A stretch of DNA of 64,000 nucleotides from Octopus sinensis (Eukaryota). Location: contig NC_042998.1 in assembly GCF_006345805.1 (NCBI RefSeq), forward strand, positions 144,088,001-144,152,000, written 5' to 3'. The notes beneath the pieces were generated by a model that saw only the letters and a list, made by a program, of their open reading frames with translations, was not told the DNA's origin and made no database searches. How positions within the stretch are numbered: the stretch's first letter is position 1; every line of letters begins with the position of its first letter. A program made the translations under genes and the position numbers. Below, piece by piece: positions 39,979 through 54,562 of this stretch.

Positions 39979-40041
39979 TTTTTCTTCCCAATCACAAGCT
40001 TTCTGATGGTTCATCCATATAAGAAATGCCATCATAGTCAT
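39979..40041 (-). CDS. NEDD4: Candidate alternative first coding exon MTMMAFLIWMNHQKACDWEEK
   Basis: 63-nt ATG ORF ending GAA AAA|gtgagt, phase 0. Lies about 120 nt downstream of a YY1-type motif, in CpG-retaining sequence. No homology support. Confidence 0.5.
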
Positions 40042-40156
40042 ATGTTCGCTTGCATCACCTTTTTATCGTTCGTTCGTCTATCATGCAACTCTCATGAAAA
40101 CATCCATCATTATGCAAAATATCGGTTAAACTAAGCAAAATTCAGTATTGAATTCT

Positions 40157-40167
40157 GCCGCCATCTT
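40157..40167 (-). promoter_or_regulatory. YY1-type motif AAGATGGCGGC
   Basis: Plus strand GCCGCCATCTT is an exact match to the known YY1 consensus, which typically lies just downstream of a TSS. Confidence 0.6.
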
Positions 40168-43100
40168 TGAGAAATAGTGCTGTAGGGCCATGTATATTGG
40201 GTGTCCACTGTGAGCACCGCACAACCATCAGAGGTAGTAAAAGCTATCATAAATATCGTTATCACTCAATAATATGGTCATGAACCATAATGGGAAAACT
40301 CATTATTCTGTCCCTTGTTATGAAATACTCTGAGTTATACTGAGATAGCACTGCACATCTCACAGCTTGTTGCATTATATATACTGGACAGATGGAGAGA
40401 TAATGGGAGAGTGATAAAAATAAGGTCTTTTCACCAGTTTTTTTAAATTCACTTTTACATCTCTCTCGAAGAAAAATACTCTTTCTTTCTAGCATTCTAC
40501 ACTCCCTCTCCCACAAACTAGCCTCTTTAGTTTGGTTGTTCAAATTCATTGAACCCCTTTCCTCTTCCAATTTTTTAATATTCAGCTTATTAGTTAAGAC
40601 TTATTCTTTCTTACTCATTTTCACACTTCCCTCTAATAAATACTGCATTTTTGTATTTGCATACATTTTCGTATATGCATAAATAAATTTAAATAGATGT
40701 TAGCAAGTGAGACTGATTTTCCTTATGGTAATTCTGTTCATGTGGTAGACTGAAATAATATGCCTTTACAAATCTATTAATGTAAACCTAGAAACAAAGA
40801 TTAAAACAGACTGAAACACCTAGATATTCCTTTTTAATGTTGACTTTTGAGCAATACTTGTGCCAGCATGGCACCACAGAACACACTAACATAATAATCT
40901 TCATATGCAACTCAAGAAGAAGCATGTCATACTATCTGTGAAGCAGAAACAAACTTATAGTGATGTTTCATACTTGTGTTTCAGTGACGAAAGTTTCTGA
41001 AAAGTATGACATTAAAAAGCAGACAATTTCAAGAATATGCAAGACTAAAGACAAACTGACTACATTTTCTTTGAAATATAATACTGATTTCAAATTTTGG
41101 CACAAAGCCCGCAATTTCAGGGAAGAGAGTAAGTTGATTACATTGACCCTGATTACTCAACTGGTACTTATTTTATCAACCCTAAAAAGATGAAAGACAA
41201 AGCTGAACTCAGTGGAATTTGAACTCAGAGCAAGAAAACAGACAAAATACCACTAAGCATGTCATCTGGCATGCTAACAATTCTGCCAGCTCACTGCCTT
41301 CTTTGAGACATAGTACTAATGCAAATTTTAAATCATTATTAGTTGGTGCATAGAAGGCTATGAAAAATGTAAAAGGCACAAATCCTAAGAAAGCAGTAAC
41401 AAAGTTTGTTATCCAGCAACAATCCCATACTAATTACACCCAAGTTGTTTAAATTCAAATTCCAGCAACAATCCCATGCTAACTACATCCAAGCTGTTTA
41501 AATTCAAAGTGCTGCTGTCAAACACAGTATGTATTTTCAAAGTTCAATGCATCAGTTGCCTGTGCATTGTTACCACTCTAAGATGTTCAACATGCATATC
41601 TTTGGTGACTGGTTTTACTCACATTTCATTCTAGCAGTGCATAAATACTAGGAAGAGGTCTTCAAATTTCCTGCCAATGCCAGTGTCGCATACTTGGCAC
41701 ATAAGAATCACCCTTCAAACTTTGGGCCTCATGGAGGCAGTGACAAGTGACCAAGATCACTGGCAATATACTGTGCTTGAGAAAACCTGTGAAGCCAAGT
41801 GGGATCATAGTTGTGGCCAATATCAGTGTTTTGTAACTGGCACACATGCTGATGACACATAAATAACACCCACTACACTCTTGGAGTGGTTGGCATTAGA
41901 AAGGGCATCCAACTGTAGAAACCATGCCAAATCAGACTGAAACCGGATGCAGCTCCCCAGTTTTCAGTCAAACCATCCAACCCATGTCAGCATGGAAAAT
42001 GCACTTTCTCATCCAAATGGTTACCAACATGAGAATAACAACAGCAGAATAAGATGCATGAACTTAATACCCAATGTTATCTCCATTATCCAACTAATGA
42101 ATTAAGGCAGGGAAGGGGGAGTCAAATAAAGTGGTCAATAGTATTTACTGATTAAAGGGGTCAGTAAACACCTGAAATGATTTTGAGCAATAAGGGAACT
42201 GAATTATTAGTAAACTGAATCCAGAATAACATGGGTAATTTCCAGCCAAATATTGATGCAATAACTAGTATCCACCAAACACTTATTTCACATTAAATAA
42301 ATCAATATAATTTCGCAGAATTTTTATTGTTCTTTATCAATTTCCTTATATTTCTTTAAATATTTCTGATTAAAAATTGGTATTGACACAAAAGAATGAA
42401 GGAATTATGGTTCTTGAACCAAGGAATTTTTTATTAGTCAAACTTCTTAATTTATTTTAGAAACTTACATGATAGGTGGGGGAAATAAGTTTTCAATGGT
42501 TCCATGAAGGGGCCAACAATATAAGAAGTTTGCCACCACCTGGATAGATATAATACAAACTAAGTTACTTGAACAATATTTTTGTAGCATGGTAAACAAC
42601 CAAACTTGTCTGTTCTACGATATCCAACCATTTTACATTATATTTTTCACTCAGGATACACCAACACTGCTAGATATAATGAAATGGTAGGATGGGAAAA
42701 CAAACCCAAGAACCCCTGATTTGGAATGTGTTTGTATGTGTTTTAGTGTCAGCTTTTCCATACTATATGGCATGTAAAAAGCACCATCCGAACGTGATCG
42801 TTGCCAGGCCTGCCATACTGGCCCCCTGTGCCGGTGGCACGTAAAAAGCACCCACTACACTCTCAGAGTGGTTGGTGTTAGGAAGGGCATCCAGCTGTAG
42901 AAACTCTGCCAGGCCAAACTGGAGCAGCCACTGGCTCTCCAAACCTCAGTCAAACTGTCCAAAACATGCCAGCATGGAAAACGGACGTTAATCAGTGATG
43001 ATGATGATGATATGAGTCAGAGAGAATTCATTGAGGTAAATACGGTTAATGTTCTTGTTGGACTTTTCCAGTAAAAACATAAGTGGTGGTGGGGAAGGGT

Positions 43101-44282
43101 TCCAGAGGACTGACATTCTGGTAAGAAACAACAGAGTTTGGGTTATTAGTTTAGGGCAATTTGGGTCACATCATCTTATTTTAGAAATTTACATGATAAG
43201 TAGGAGAAATAACTACAGGTGATACAATACACTTGTGGTCAGGATCCCTTTGATCATAAAGGATTATTAAAGAGCATAGAATCCATCTAAATCATTTTGA
43301 CAACCACAAATATATTTTACCTGTATTACATCATTCACAGCCAAAACAAAATCTATTTACAATATGGCCACCCATCCCATTTATTATTCTGCTAACAACA
43401 CTTTCAAATAATTGTACCACTAAGCATATGAATTACATGGATGATATTTCAACTATTTGTGACACCAATGTATACTTTATTACGGCACTATGTAATATTG
43501 GATTTTCTATAATTGTCCTATTATGTTAATTTCTCACCACTGAATTATGTATAAAGTGAGATTCTCACGCAACGTGTTTGTCGTTATTTATTATAAAAAA
43601 GAATGCAACATCATCTATAGTTGAATATTGATTGCTTGAAGAAATATTATAATTTCCACAATGTCATCAATATGGATCAACTCTTCTCAGTTGAATGAGC
43701 TTCAGGCTGACCAAAACCTCATGAGTAGATTTGGTTGACAGACACTGAAAGAAGCCAGTCATGTGTGTGTGTCTCCTACCACTGCTTGACAACCAATGTT
43801 GGTGTGTTTAGATCCTTATAACTTAGCAGTTCAGCAAAAGAGATTGATAGAATAAGTACCAAGTTTAAAACAATGCCAAAGCTGACACTGCAACTTAATG
43901 CAGCCTCGAAACCTGTCAAACCTGCAACCCATGCCAGCATAGAAAACACATGTTAAATGATGATGATCATGACAATGATCACTTTAAAACAGTAAGTTTA
44001 AATTTTATTTCATAAAGCAACACATGATCTCAGGTTAGTTGGTATGAAGAGGGTTAAAAATGCAAGCATCTCAAAGCAAAATGTTTTAAGTTTGCAAACT
44101 GTTCAACACTGGAAACACCAGATTATTTATCACACACAAAAAAGTTTTACGTCTGCTTTCCATACCGATGTGAGGGTTGGATGGTTTGCCATGGGCAGGG
44201 CCATTTTATACCCTGATGCTCACTGACAGTTACTAACAGATTCATGCCCAGAGACTGTTACTAACTGACTGGTGCTCATATA

Positions 44283-45538
44283 CGAGGGGCGTTCAATAAG
44301 TAATGCCCCTGACCCACTTCCCATAGCAGTAGAGCAACGAAACTTGGCACAGTTATTAGTCTTTTTCTACATAGGAACCACCCAGAGTTACGCATTTCTC
44401 CCATCGTTTGATGCGGCTCTGGAGACCGTTTTTGTAGAAGAACCCAGCTTGGTCCTCTAACCTCAACATGACTTCAGAAATCAAGGCTGCATCATCTGGG
44501 AAATGCTTGCCTTTCAAAAACAACTTCATGATTGAGAAGAGGTGAAAATCAGAGGGTGCAAGGTCAGGAAAGTAGGGGGGATGGGGAGGAGTTCATAGCC
44601 ATACGCCTGTGCTTCTGATCTGGCGACAAGCGAGTTGTGGACCGGAGCGTTGTCCTGCAGGAGGAGGATACCTTTGCTGATCTTGCCCCGCCTCTTGATT
44701 TTGATAACTTCTCTTAATTTCCTCAAAAGTGAAGCATAATAGGCTCCTGCAATTGTGGTACCCTTTGCCAGGAAATCTGTCATCACTACTCCGTCCTGGT
44801 CCCAGAAGACTGTGAGCATGACCTTGCCAGCGGAGGGCTGCACCCTTGCCTTCTTTGGAGGGGGTGAGTCATGGTGCTTCCACTGCATTGACTGGGCTTT
44901 GGTCTCTGGATCATCGTGATGGACCCAGGTTTCATCCTGTGTAATCAGTCTTTTGAAAAATTTTGACTCATCTTCTTGGCACATCTCCAAATTCACCCTC
45001 GAGCACTCGACGCGTTCTTGCTTCTGGAAAGGCGTGAGCAACCTGGGAATCCATCTGGCAGACACCTTTTGCATATGCAAATGGTCATGAATGATAGTTT
45101 CCACAGACCCGGTACTAATCTTGACCTCATGGGCTATTTGGCAAATAATTATGCATCGATCTTCCAAAATGGCAGCCTCAACTTGACGGACAGATGCCTT
45201 ATCAATGGCAGAGTTCCGACCATGTTTGAATTCACGATGCCAGCGTTTTACAAGGTCATATGATGGGGCATCATCACCATAAGTTACTTTCATTTCATCA
45301 AAAGTCTCCCGTGGTGTGCGTCCTTTCAAATACAAAAACCGGATCACTGCTCGACACTCAACAGGCTCCATTTCACACTTGACTCGGTTCAAACACCTGT
45401 AAATCAGAAACCACAATTAATTCAGAGCTGTAATTTGCCACTTACTCTATAGAGATATAAATGATTGCACATGCAAAATTTCAGCTAGATCAAACAACTG
45501 CAAGTGGGTCAGAGGCATTACTTATTGAACGTCCCTCG
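44283..45538 (-). mobile_element. mariner-family (DD34D) transposon, 1256 bp, TA TSD
   Basis: TA|CGAGGGGCGTTCAATAAGTAATGCC ... GGCATTACTTATTGAACGTCCCTCG|TA. Transposase MEPVECRAVI (45371) to YVEKD* (44356) with WIPRLL, TQDETW and QDNAPVH motifs; internal deletion after the first HTH and a frameshift before the YSPDLAPSD-like motif. Confidence 0.96.
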
Positions 45539-45589
45539 TATGTCATTTGACTAGAGTTCTACAGTTGGATACTCTCCCTATTAAAGACT

Positions 45590-46020
45590 ATTGTACAGCA
45601 TAAACTGGGTGCACTTTTCTCTTGGCTCCAACATCAAAGAGGCCAACTAGTTTTTTGCCAAGACAAGACTAAAAGGACTTCACAATCCCATGCTTTCTCT
45701 GCCCATTTACTAACCACTTCACAACATGTACTGAATATACTTTTTTTTTCCTGGCACCAACATTAAAGAAGTTAACTTGTTTTTGTTGATACAACACTAA
45801 AAAGACAGCACAGTTTCATGCTTTCTCTCCTCATTTACCAACCACTTTACACAGTGGAATTTTTATCACGGTACTAACACTAGAGAAGTTGAAGAGTTCT
45901 CAACAAGACAGGGTAACTAAAAGGGACCTCATAACCCTATAGTTTCTCTGCTCATTTGACAACTTTATAGTGTGTACTGGGTGAACTTTCATGGTACCAA
46001 CATTAAAGAGGTCACCTCAC
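45590..46020. repeat. Degenerate ~120-bp tandem array (3-4 units)
   Basis: Recurring tgtactg..., ccaaca(t)taaaga and tttctct..ccatttac.aaccactt motifs. Related units at ~51790-51850 and 52010-52100. Confidence 0.7.
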
Positions 46021-47529
46021 TCGCCAATCACTGTAAAGCGAGTGTGGTTGTGGGGAGCCATTAGTAAATCCCATTAGTTTAACACATACCGTGATCTTCT
46101 AATTCAGTTTGCAACAGGGAGACATGATGCAGCTTCAAAAACAATTTATCTTGGTGTAACAGTCTCAAAAACAAACCATTTATCCCAAGACAAGATATTA
46201 TCAACTCCTAAACATTACTATCTTGAGTCTTAGGGCTCTCACAACTGCTTACCCAGTTTCCATGGTATATAAGAGATCACAACATCTCTCCCTAAAAGGG
46301 ACACTAATCCATCACAAGATTACTCATTCACAGCTGAGTGAACTGGAACATGAAACGGAGCGCTTTTGTTAAGGACACAAAGCACAGCTCAATCCAGGAA
46401 TTCAAACCATAATCTTTTGATCATAAATCTGTGATACCCAAACCACTAGGCCAAGAACCATCAAAACAGGAGAACTCTGATGAAAATCACAAATGCTTGG
46501 ATATACCATTTTTAAACTTATACACTAATGATGATAACATAATTTTGGAAACAGATGGAGGTGGGGAAGGGGATATCAAATCAGCACTCTGCTACAAGTG
46601 CAATAAACAATCCTAACAGACCAAAAATAACAAGAACTGCCTGCTTATTTGAATAATTATAATGTTCCAACAATAAACAATGGAGGCGTCTTTCTGTTAG
46701 ATTTTCAATTGTTAACTCCTGAGTTTTGTTCTGCTCACGAATTACCAACTTTTTGCCATTTCTTCTAAAGGAATTTCATTGTTGTGTAGTGAATGTAGTA
46801 TTGGATATTGCATAATTGGTTAATTACATTGTTAATTACAAACAGTAGATTTATGAGATTACGAATGTCCAATGTACATACATGCTCACCATTCATTATA
46901 AAGAATAGATAAAACAAATTGGTTGGTTGATTGCTTGGTAACTTCTGAAGTTGTTGGATATTGATTTCTTAAAAATTAAGGATTCTAATGTAGACATTGC
47001 CCCTTTATGTCAATAAGTAAAGTGCTGGGTTGATTCTTCTTTTTCCCTTTCACTCTTATATGTGTGGGTGTCTGTGTGTTTTGGTGTTTGTCCCCCCACT
47101 GCTTGACAATTTGTGTTGGTTTCTTTATATTCCCATAACTTGGTGGTTCAGCAAAAGAGAAAGACAGAATAAGAATGAGACTTAAAAGTGCTACACCTTT
47201 CACTGATTGAAACAAGTAATATATCATCATTTAACATCTGCTTTCCTTGCTGACATGGATAGGACAGTTTGCAAAGGAACTGGCAAACTGCAGTACAGAA
47301 TCAAACTTCAATATCATCTTTGGCACGACTTCAACAGCTGGATGCTCTTCCTAATATCAACCACTTTACAGACTGTAGTGAGTGCTTTTTATGTACCACA
47401 GGAACTAGTGAGGTTGCCATGAATCTTGCAAGACAGAAAAGAATAAAGGAAAAAAGTTCCCACTTCTAAGAGGAAGTATTTGGAAGGTGGAGGTGGATGG
47501 CTTTTATATCAGATGTTGAAAAGCTAAAG

Positions 47530-47832
47530 CAGTGGTTCTCAAAAGGGGTCCATATAAGATTCTGTGGGGGTCCATGCAACAAAATGATAAATTTGGGAGC
47601 CACAATAGTATTTTAAGGGCCCCTGACAAAATTTTTTTTAGATGTATGTAGTGGTATGTATTGCAAGAAACAGCTAGGTTTCTTTCTCCAGCATTTTACA
47701 TAGTTCAACCTACACAAGTTAATGTGTGGAAAACAAAATAGGAATTTTGAAAGAAGTTTCTACAAAACTAGTTTTTAAACATCAAATAGCAACCAAAGGG
47801 GTCCATAGATAAAAAATGGTTGAGAACCCCTG
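47530..47832. mobile_element. hAT-type MITE, same family, 303 bp
   Basis: TIRs cagtggttctcaa / ttgagaacccctg; TSD agctaaag / ggctaaag. A related element lies at ~20793-21025. Confidence 0.88.
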
Positions 47833-48921
47833 GGCTAAAGTATGATAGAGGGACAAGCACAGCAGATGCATGGATGAAGGAGAAAGAGGAAAGTAGTGAT
47901 GGGGTGCTAGAGCAAACTTTCAAGAAACAAGAAAGTGAGCATAATAATGTGTGTGTGTGTGTGTATATGTGAGTGTGGCACAGCTAATAGGGGGGCAAAG
48001 AGATGTGACTACTCCCCACAAGCACATTTTTTCAAAATTGGCACCTTTTCAATAATTTCTTTTAACTCTTTAGTTACCTATATCATTAGTTGTGAGTTTC
48101 ATACATAATAATATTGTTACTGAAACATGAAATTAATGAATGTAGAATACAATTACATGTACTATAACTAATGAAATATTTTCAATTTAATATGAGGAAT
48201 GAGTTAATAATTGTTTGGTATGTATCATGGTGCCTTTTGTTTTTAATGTGCTTACCCTTACTCAACTATAGAACCTGGCTACGTCTCTGATATATACATC
48301 ATCATTTAACATCCATTTTCCATACTGGCATGGGTTGGACAGTTTGACTGCAAACAGGAAAGCTAGTGGGCTGCACCAGGTTCCAATCTGTTCTGGTATG
48401 GTTTCTACAGCTGGATGCCCTTCCTAATACCAACCATTATACACACACAATCATGATCATCATCTTATCCATACTTGCATGGGTCAGGCTGAAATCTTCA
48501 AGCACATTTTCAATAGTCAGATGTCCTTCCTGTCATCAACCCTCATATGTTTCAAAGCAAGTTAATATTTCCCCATTGGCCAAACATGTTTTCATGGAGG
48601 ACTGGAAATGAATGACACCTCTTCGATGAGACTGACACTTGTTTAAAACTATCACACGATGTCAAGGCGAGACAGTACAAACACATACACACATATATCA
48701 GGCTGCATTCAGTTTCCATCTAACAGAGCCACCCACGAGGCTTTGGTCTGCTCGAGGATACAGTAGTAGAAGACACTTCCCCAAAGGGCTGTGCAGTCAG
48801 AGGGAATCTGAAACCACATGGTTAGGAAGCAAACTCCTTAACTACACATACATGCCTGCACACTACATACATACATCTTACACATATATACATATCTATG
48901 TTCGTTCGTTCGTACACCCAC

Positions 48922-48984
<63 letters not shown>

Positions 48985-50273
48985 TACAGTAATCACTCGC
49001 CATATAGCGGTTCACCTATCGCGTCCTCAGTACATCGCGGATTTTTCTGGTTAATTTATATCGCAGGTTTCTGCGGCAGATATTAAAATTATATTAAATT
49101 ATATTAAAATTTTTAAATGCCGATTTTCTTTGTAGATTCGGAATATCCGCAGTCGAAAAGGTGGGTTTCTGTAGAAAAAAAATAATAAATAAATAACCGA
49201 AAGAGGGTGCGGTTCATGTTCTTTACCTCCGCCATATATACATAAATATACATACTGTTCCATGAGAAGAGGTGTTACGGTCCACTACCAGCATCCTTTT
49301 CTAAGAGAAATGGCGAAGAGTTAGCAACCTCTTAGTAAAAACTAATTTGTTATGGCATCAGTCAAAAGACTGATGAAAATATGGAGAGCACGGAACAGAA
49401 CTACAGAAAAGGTGGTAGGAGGAGAAAGCTAATCTGTAAACTGTTTTATTTTTCTGAAATGCTTCTCTCTTTAAATGTCAAATTTGCGCGATTGCACGGT
49501 TTCCATGGAGAAACAATTCGAATCTCGTGCCTGGTGAGCACGTGCTCATAGGTAATTATATGATGTGTGTGTGCAAGCATGTATGAATGTATGTAGCAGT
49601 TCGATTGCCTATGTGTATGTGCGTGCGTGAGTGTGTATTTACGAATATGTACGTATGCCGCTTGATTGTCTCTGAGTTTGTGTATATATGCTCATGTTAG
49701 GTATGTCTGCATGTTTGGGTGTGTGTGTTGGATAAATGACGTGAAAATTAAATTACGGCCGGTATGTTTGAAAACAAAAGCATAAAGCAAAACCATTATT
49801 AACAACACTATTACTATCAGCAAGCCTTCTACATATTTATTAACACACATAAATAACAGTAATCTATAATTATTATACGATCCGGAAAACCAAAAACTAT
49901 TTCACAATCGATAAACAATTTGTTATATATACACATTCATATTTAATAGCTTAATAGCTGAAACAGAAAAATACCAACAGCTAAGAGGTTACGTATACAA
50001 CACAGAATAATAATAATAATTATTATTATTATTATTATTGTTGTTGTAGTTATTGTTACAAAAGGATAAAGCAAAAACAAGAAAAATTGAAATTTCGTCA
50101 TAATTACCATATCTCCAGCCCTAATCACACCTTTGTATGTATTAGAAGAAGCAGCTAATACTAAGAAGGTCTTTTTCTAGCTGATAACTTGACACGAGGT
50201 AAAAATATAATCGAGGTTACTGGATGAAAAAATATTGACATATATTCGTTTCCTACTTTATTGTTGGTGGAGT

Positions 50274-50334
50274 GGATCAGTAACCGAGAAAGACACATTA
50301 TATATATATTGGATCAGTAACCGAGAAAGACACA

Positions 50335-50402
<68 letters not shown>

Positions 50403-50430
50403 CAGTAACCGAGAAAGACACATTATATAT
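50274..50430. repeat. Triplicated motif tggatcagtaaccgagaaagacaca separated by (TA)n
   Basis: Three exact copies at ~50274, ~50310 and ~50398. Confidence 0.9.
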
Positions 50431-50816
50431 ATATATATATATATATCGTTTGTAGAAAACATAAATCTGAAAGAAGCACACTCTAAGATGTAGAACAGTA
50501 TATTTAACAAAAAACATTATATATATATGTGTGCGCATATATAAAATGTATGTATATACATGTGCATATGGGTGTACTTATGTGTGTATATGCATGTATA
50601 AATGTATGTGCACATGCGAGTATATAAATATATACATACGTGCGTGTGCGTGTGTATACGCACATGGATAGTTTCACAAATATAGCAATTGAAAAAGTAC
50701 TCCCCGTCCTCAAATCAAAGACCATGCTCGCTAATTGAGAATTTATTTAGTTCATCAATTAACAATTTTGAGACATCAGACTTCATTACTTCTGTAAATA
50801 AGTACCGTATTCTCAC

Positions 50817-50870
50817 CTCCCACCAAAGCCGGAGAACTTTACGAAAACGCAAAAATTTTGGACGAAACAT
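50817..50870 (-). CDS. NEDD4: Candidate alternative first coding exon MFRPKFLRFRKVLRLWWE
   Basis: 54-nt ATG ORF ending TGG GAG|gtgaga, phase 0, inside the 49-51.5 kb CpG-retaining island. Confidence 0.55.
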
Positions 50871-52316
50871 GACACAATGTTACAAATAACATATATATAC
50901 GTAAAGAAATAATGATTTCAAAAATAAATACCATTTGTTTTGAGTTTAGACTTTTGTTTTCTAAGGTAATTTTTGAATCGGTTAAAATGTATGTCAGTTT
51001 CGAGTATTGAATGATAAAAGGTTTGAAAGGACGGTAAAGGCGTAGGGAGACTGTTGTAAGTGAAACTAGAGAAAAACTGAGTAGAAATGGGATATGATTG
51101 AAGGAAAGAAGGAAGTAAAGGCAGGCTTGCCTGTAGTTGTTATGAGTGAATACGGATAGAAAAGGGATTTTTTTTAAAGCCAATGAATGGTGTGTTAGTA
51201 ATCTATGAAAAGAATTTATGGTTGGTCGCTTAGATAGGGTGTGTCATGTGAATGGACTCCTAGGTGTATGTAAATCTATAGCTACATAGGCTAATACACC
51301 TATGATGATAGGTACAAATGAAAATTTAGTCAAGGTACAAGTGCTCTCGCATTAATTCGCCATAAATACTCTCGTGTGTATGTGTGTGTATGTAAGTATG
51401 CTTGTAATGTGTGTATATGTGTGCGTTTTATTATTTTAAAAGCAGAAGTCACAAAAAGTGTCTCAAGTTCCGAAAGTTGCGTGAACGAAGTCAGATTGTA
51501 ATTTCTACCGTTTGCAATAAAATATACTGTTATACCAAATATGTATACACACAGAGACACACACAAAGATATATATGTGTGTGTGTACATACACACACAG
51601 AGATAGACATTGAGGGGTAGACAGACAGAATCAACAACATATCATTTAACGTCCACTTTCCATAGTGGCATTGGCTGAGCTGCTCTTTACGGTCAGAGTC
51701 CTATTTTACTAAGATCTACAGCGCCCAAAGACTTGGTGCCATTACTTGTCATTTAGCTCAGATTCTGTTGCTAGATGCAATTCCTATGGCCAACCACTTT
51801 ACAGAATGTACTGGGTGCATTTTCTCCTGACACCAACTCAAGAGAGGTTGGATACTTCTTAGAAACAGGGCCGACTTAGCAGCAATGTATCCACCCTGCG
51901 GCATTCAATGCACTTGGCACTATAGTATTCATTTATAGACAGCAGGCCACAGCAAATATAAATCAGAATTGGGCCCCTAGATTTGTGTGGCCACAGGAAA
52001 CTAACTGCACACTGAGCCCATTTACCAACCACTTTCTAGTATGTACTGGGTGAATTTTTCCAGGCACCAATACCAGAGAGCTTGTTTTGCTCAGCAAACA
52101 CCTGTTGGGGAAAAGATGTAGGGCTGGGTGGTTCCAGATAGTACTAGCACAAGAGAGGAGAGGGTGGTTTGTACAAAGTAAATATAGAATACTTAGTAAC
52201 ATAAAAAAGACATGTAGACTGAGGAGGACAGAAGGAAGGCAATAAGAAGGACAGAAATGAGTGGTTGAAAGGATGGGTAAGAGTTTGAGTGTACAGCATA
52301 TCAATAAGCTAGGGCA

Positions 52317-52318
<2 letters not shown>

Positions 52319-52360
<42 letters not shown>

Positions 52361-53015
52361 TATATATATATAGATAGATAGATAGATAGATACATACATA
52401 CATACATACATACATATAAATACAAATAGAAATATATATATATTTAAATATATATATATAAATATTATATGTATAAATATATATATAAATATATATATAT
52501 GTATAAATATATATATATATGTATAAATATATAAAATATATATATATGTATAAATATATATATATATATATAATATATATATGTATAAATATATATATAT
52601 ATAAATATATATATATGTATAAATATATATATATATAAATATATATATATGTATAAATATAGATATAAAATAATATATATATGTATAAATATATATATAT
52701 AAATATATATATATATGTATAAATTATATATATAAATATATATATATATGTATAAATATATATATATAAATATATATTATATGTATAAATATATATATAA
52801 TAAATATATATATATATGTATAAATATATATATATAAATATATATATAGATAAATATATATATATATGTATAAATAATATATATAATAATTATATATATA
52901 TAAATATAATATATATTATATATATAATATATGTATAAATATAATATATATAAATATATATATATGTATAAATATATATATATATATAAAATATATATAA
53001 AATATATATATAATG

Positions 53016-53046
<31 letters not shown>

Positions 53047-53108
53047 TATGTATAAATATATATATATATATTATATATATATATATAAATAATATATATA
53101 TATATTAT

Positions 53109-53140
<32 letters not shown>

Positions 53141-53314
53141 AATATATATATTAATATATATATAAATATATATATATATATATGTATAAATATATATATA
53201 TATATATGTTATAAATATATATATATATATATGTATAAATATATATATATATATATGTATAAATATATATAATATATATGTATAAATATATATAAATATA
53301 AATATATATATATG

Positions 53315-53363
<49 letters not shown>

Positions 53364-53369
53364 GTATAA

Positions 53370-53403
<34 letters not shown>

Positions 53404-53558
53404 GTATAAATATATATATATATATATGTATAAATATATATATATATATATATGTATGTATAAATATATATATATATATATATGTATAAATATATAGTAT
53501 ATATATATATATATTAATATATATATTATATAAAATATATAAATATATATATATATAT

Positions 53559-53589
<31 letters not shown>

Positions 53590-54110
53590 CTAAATATATC
53601 TATAAATATATATATACATATATATATATATAAAATATATATTTAAATATATCTAAATATATATAAAATATATATATAATATATATATATATTTAAATAT
53701 ATATATAAATATATATATACATATATATATATAAATAAATATATACATATATAAAAATATACATATATATAAATAAATATATATACATATATATAAATAT
53801 ATATATAACATATATATAAATATATATACATATATATAAATATATATATAATATATATAAATAAATATATATATACATATATATAAATACATATATATAT
53901 ACATATATATAATACATATATATATACATATATATAAATACATATATATATACATATATATAAATACATATATATATACATATATATAAATACATATATA
54001 TATAAATAAAATATATATATATATATAAATATATATATACATACATATAAATATATATATACATACATATATACATATATATAAATATAATATATATATA
54101 AAATATATAT

Positions 54111-54141
<31 letters not shown>

Positions 54142-54432
54142 AATATATATATACATATATATAAAATAAATATATATAATAAATAAATATATATAAATAA
54201 ATAAATATATATATAAATAAATAAATATAAATAAATAAATATATATAAATAATATAAATAAATAAATATAAATAAATAAATATATATACATATATATAAA
54301 TATAATATATATATACATATATTATAATATATAAATATACATATATATATATATATATAATATACATATATATAATATAATATATATATTATATATATAT
54401 TATATATATATATAATATATGTATATATATAA

Positions 54433-54470
<38 letters not shown>

Positions 54471-54496
54471 TATAGACATAAATATAAGTATAAATG

Positions 54497-54562
<66 letters not shown>

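Larger units (their letters stand above)
36330..40260. promoter_or_regulatory. CpG-retaining region around the C2 exon and first exons
   Basis: Frequent CG (strongest at 36.3-38.1 kb and 39.4-40.25 kb), YY1-type motif at 40157, CACGTG E-box at ~39521. Confidence 0.7.
49000..51500. promoter_or_regulatory. CpG-retaining island, putative alternative promoter
   Basis: Frequent CG; contains phase-0 donor candidates at 50817, 50108 and 49227. Confidence 0.6.
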
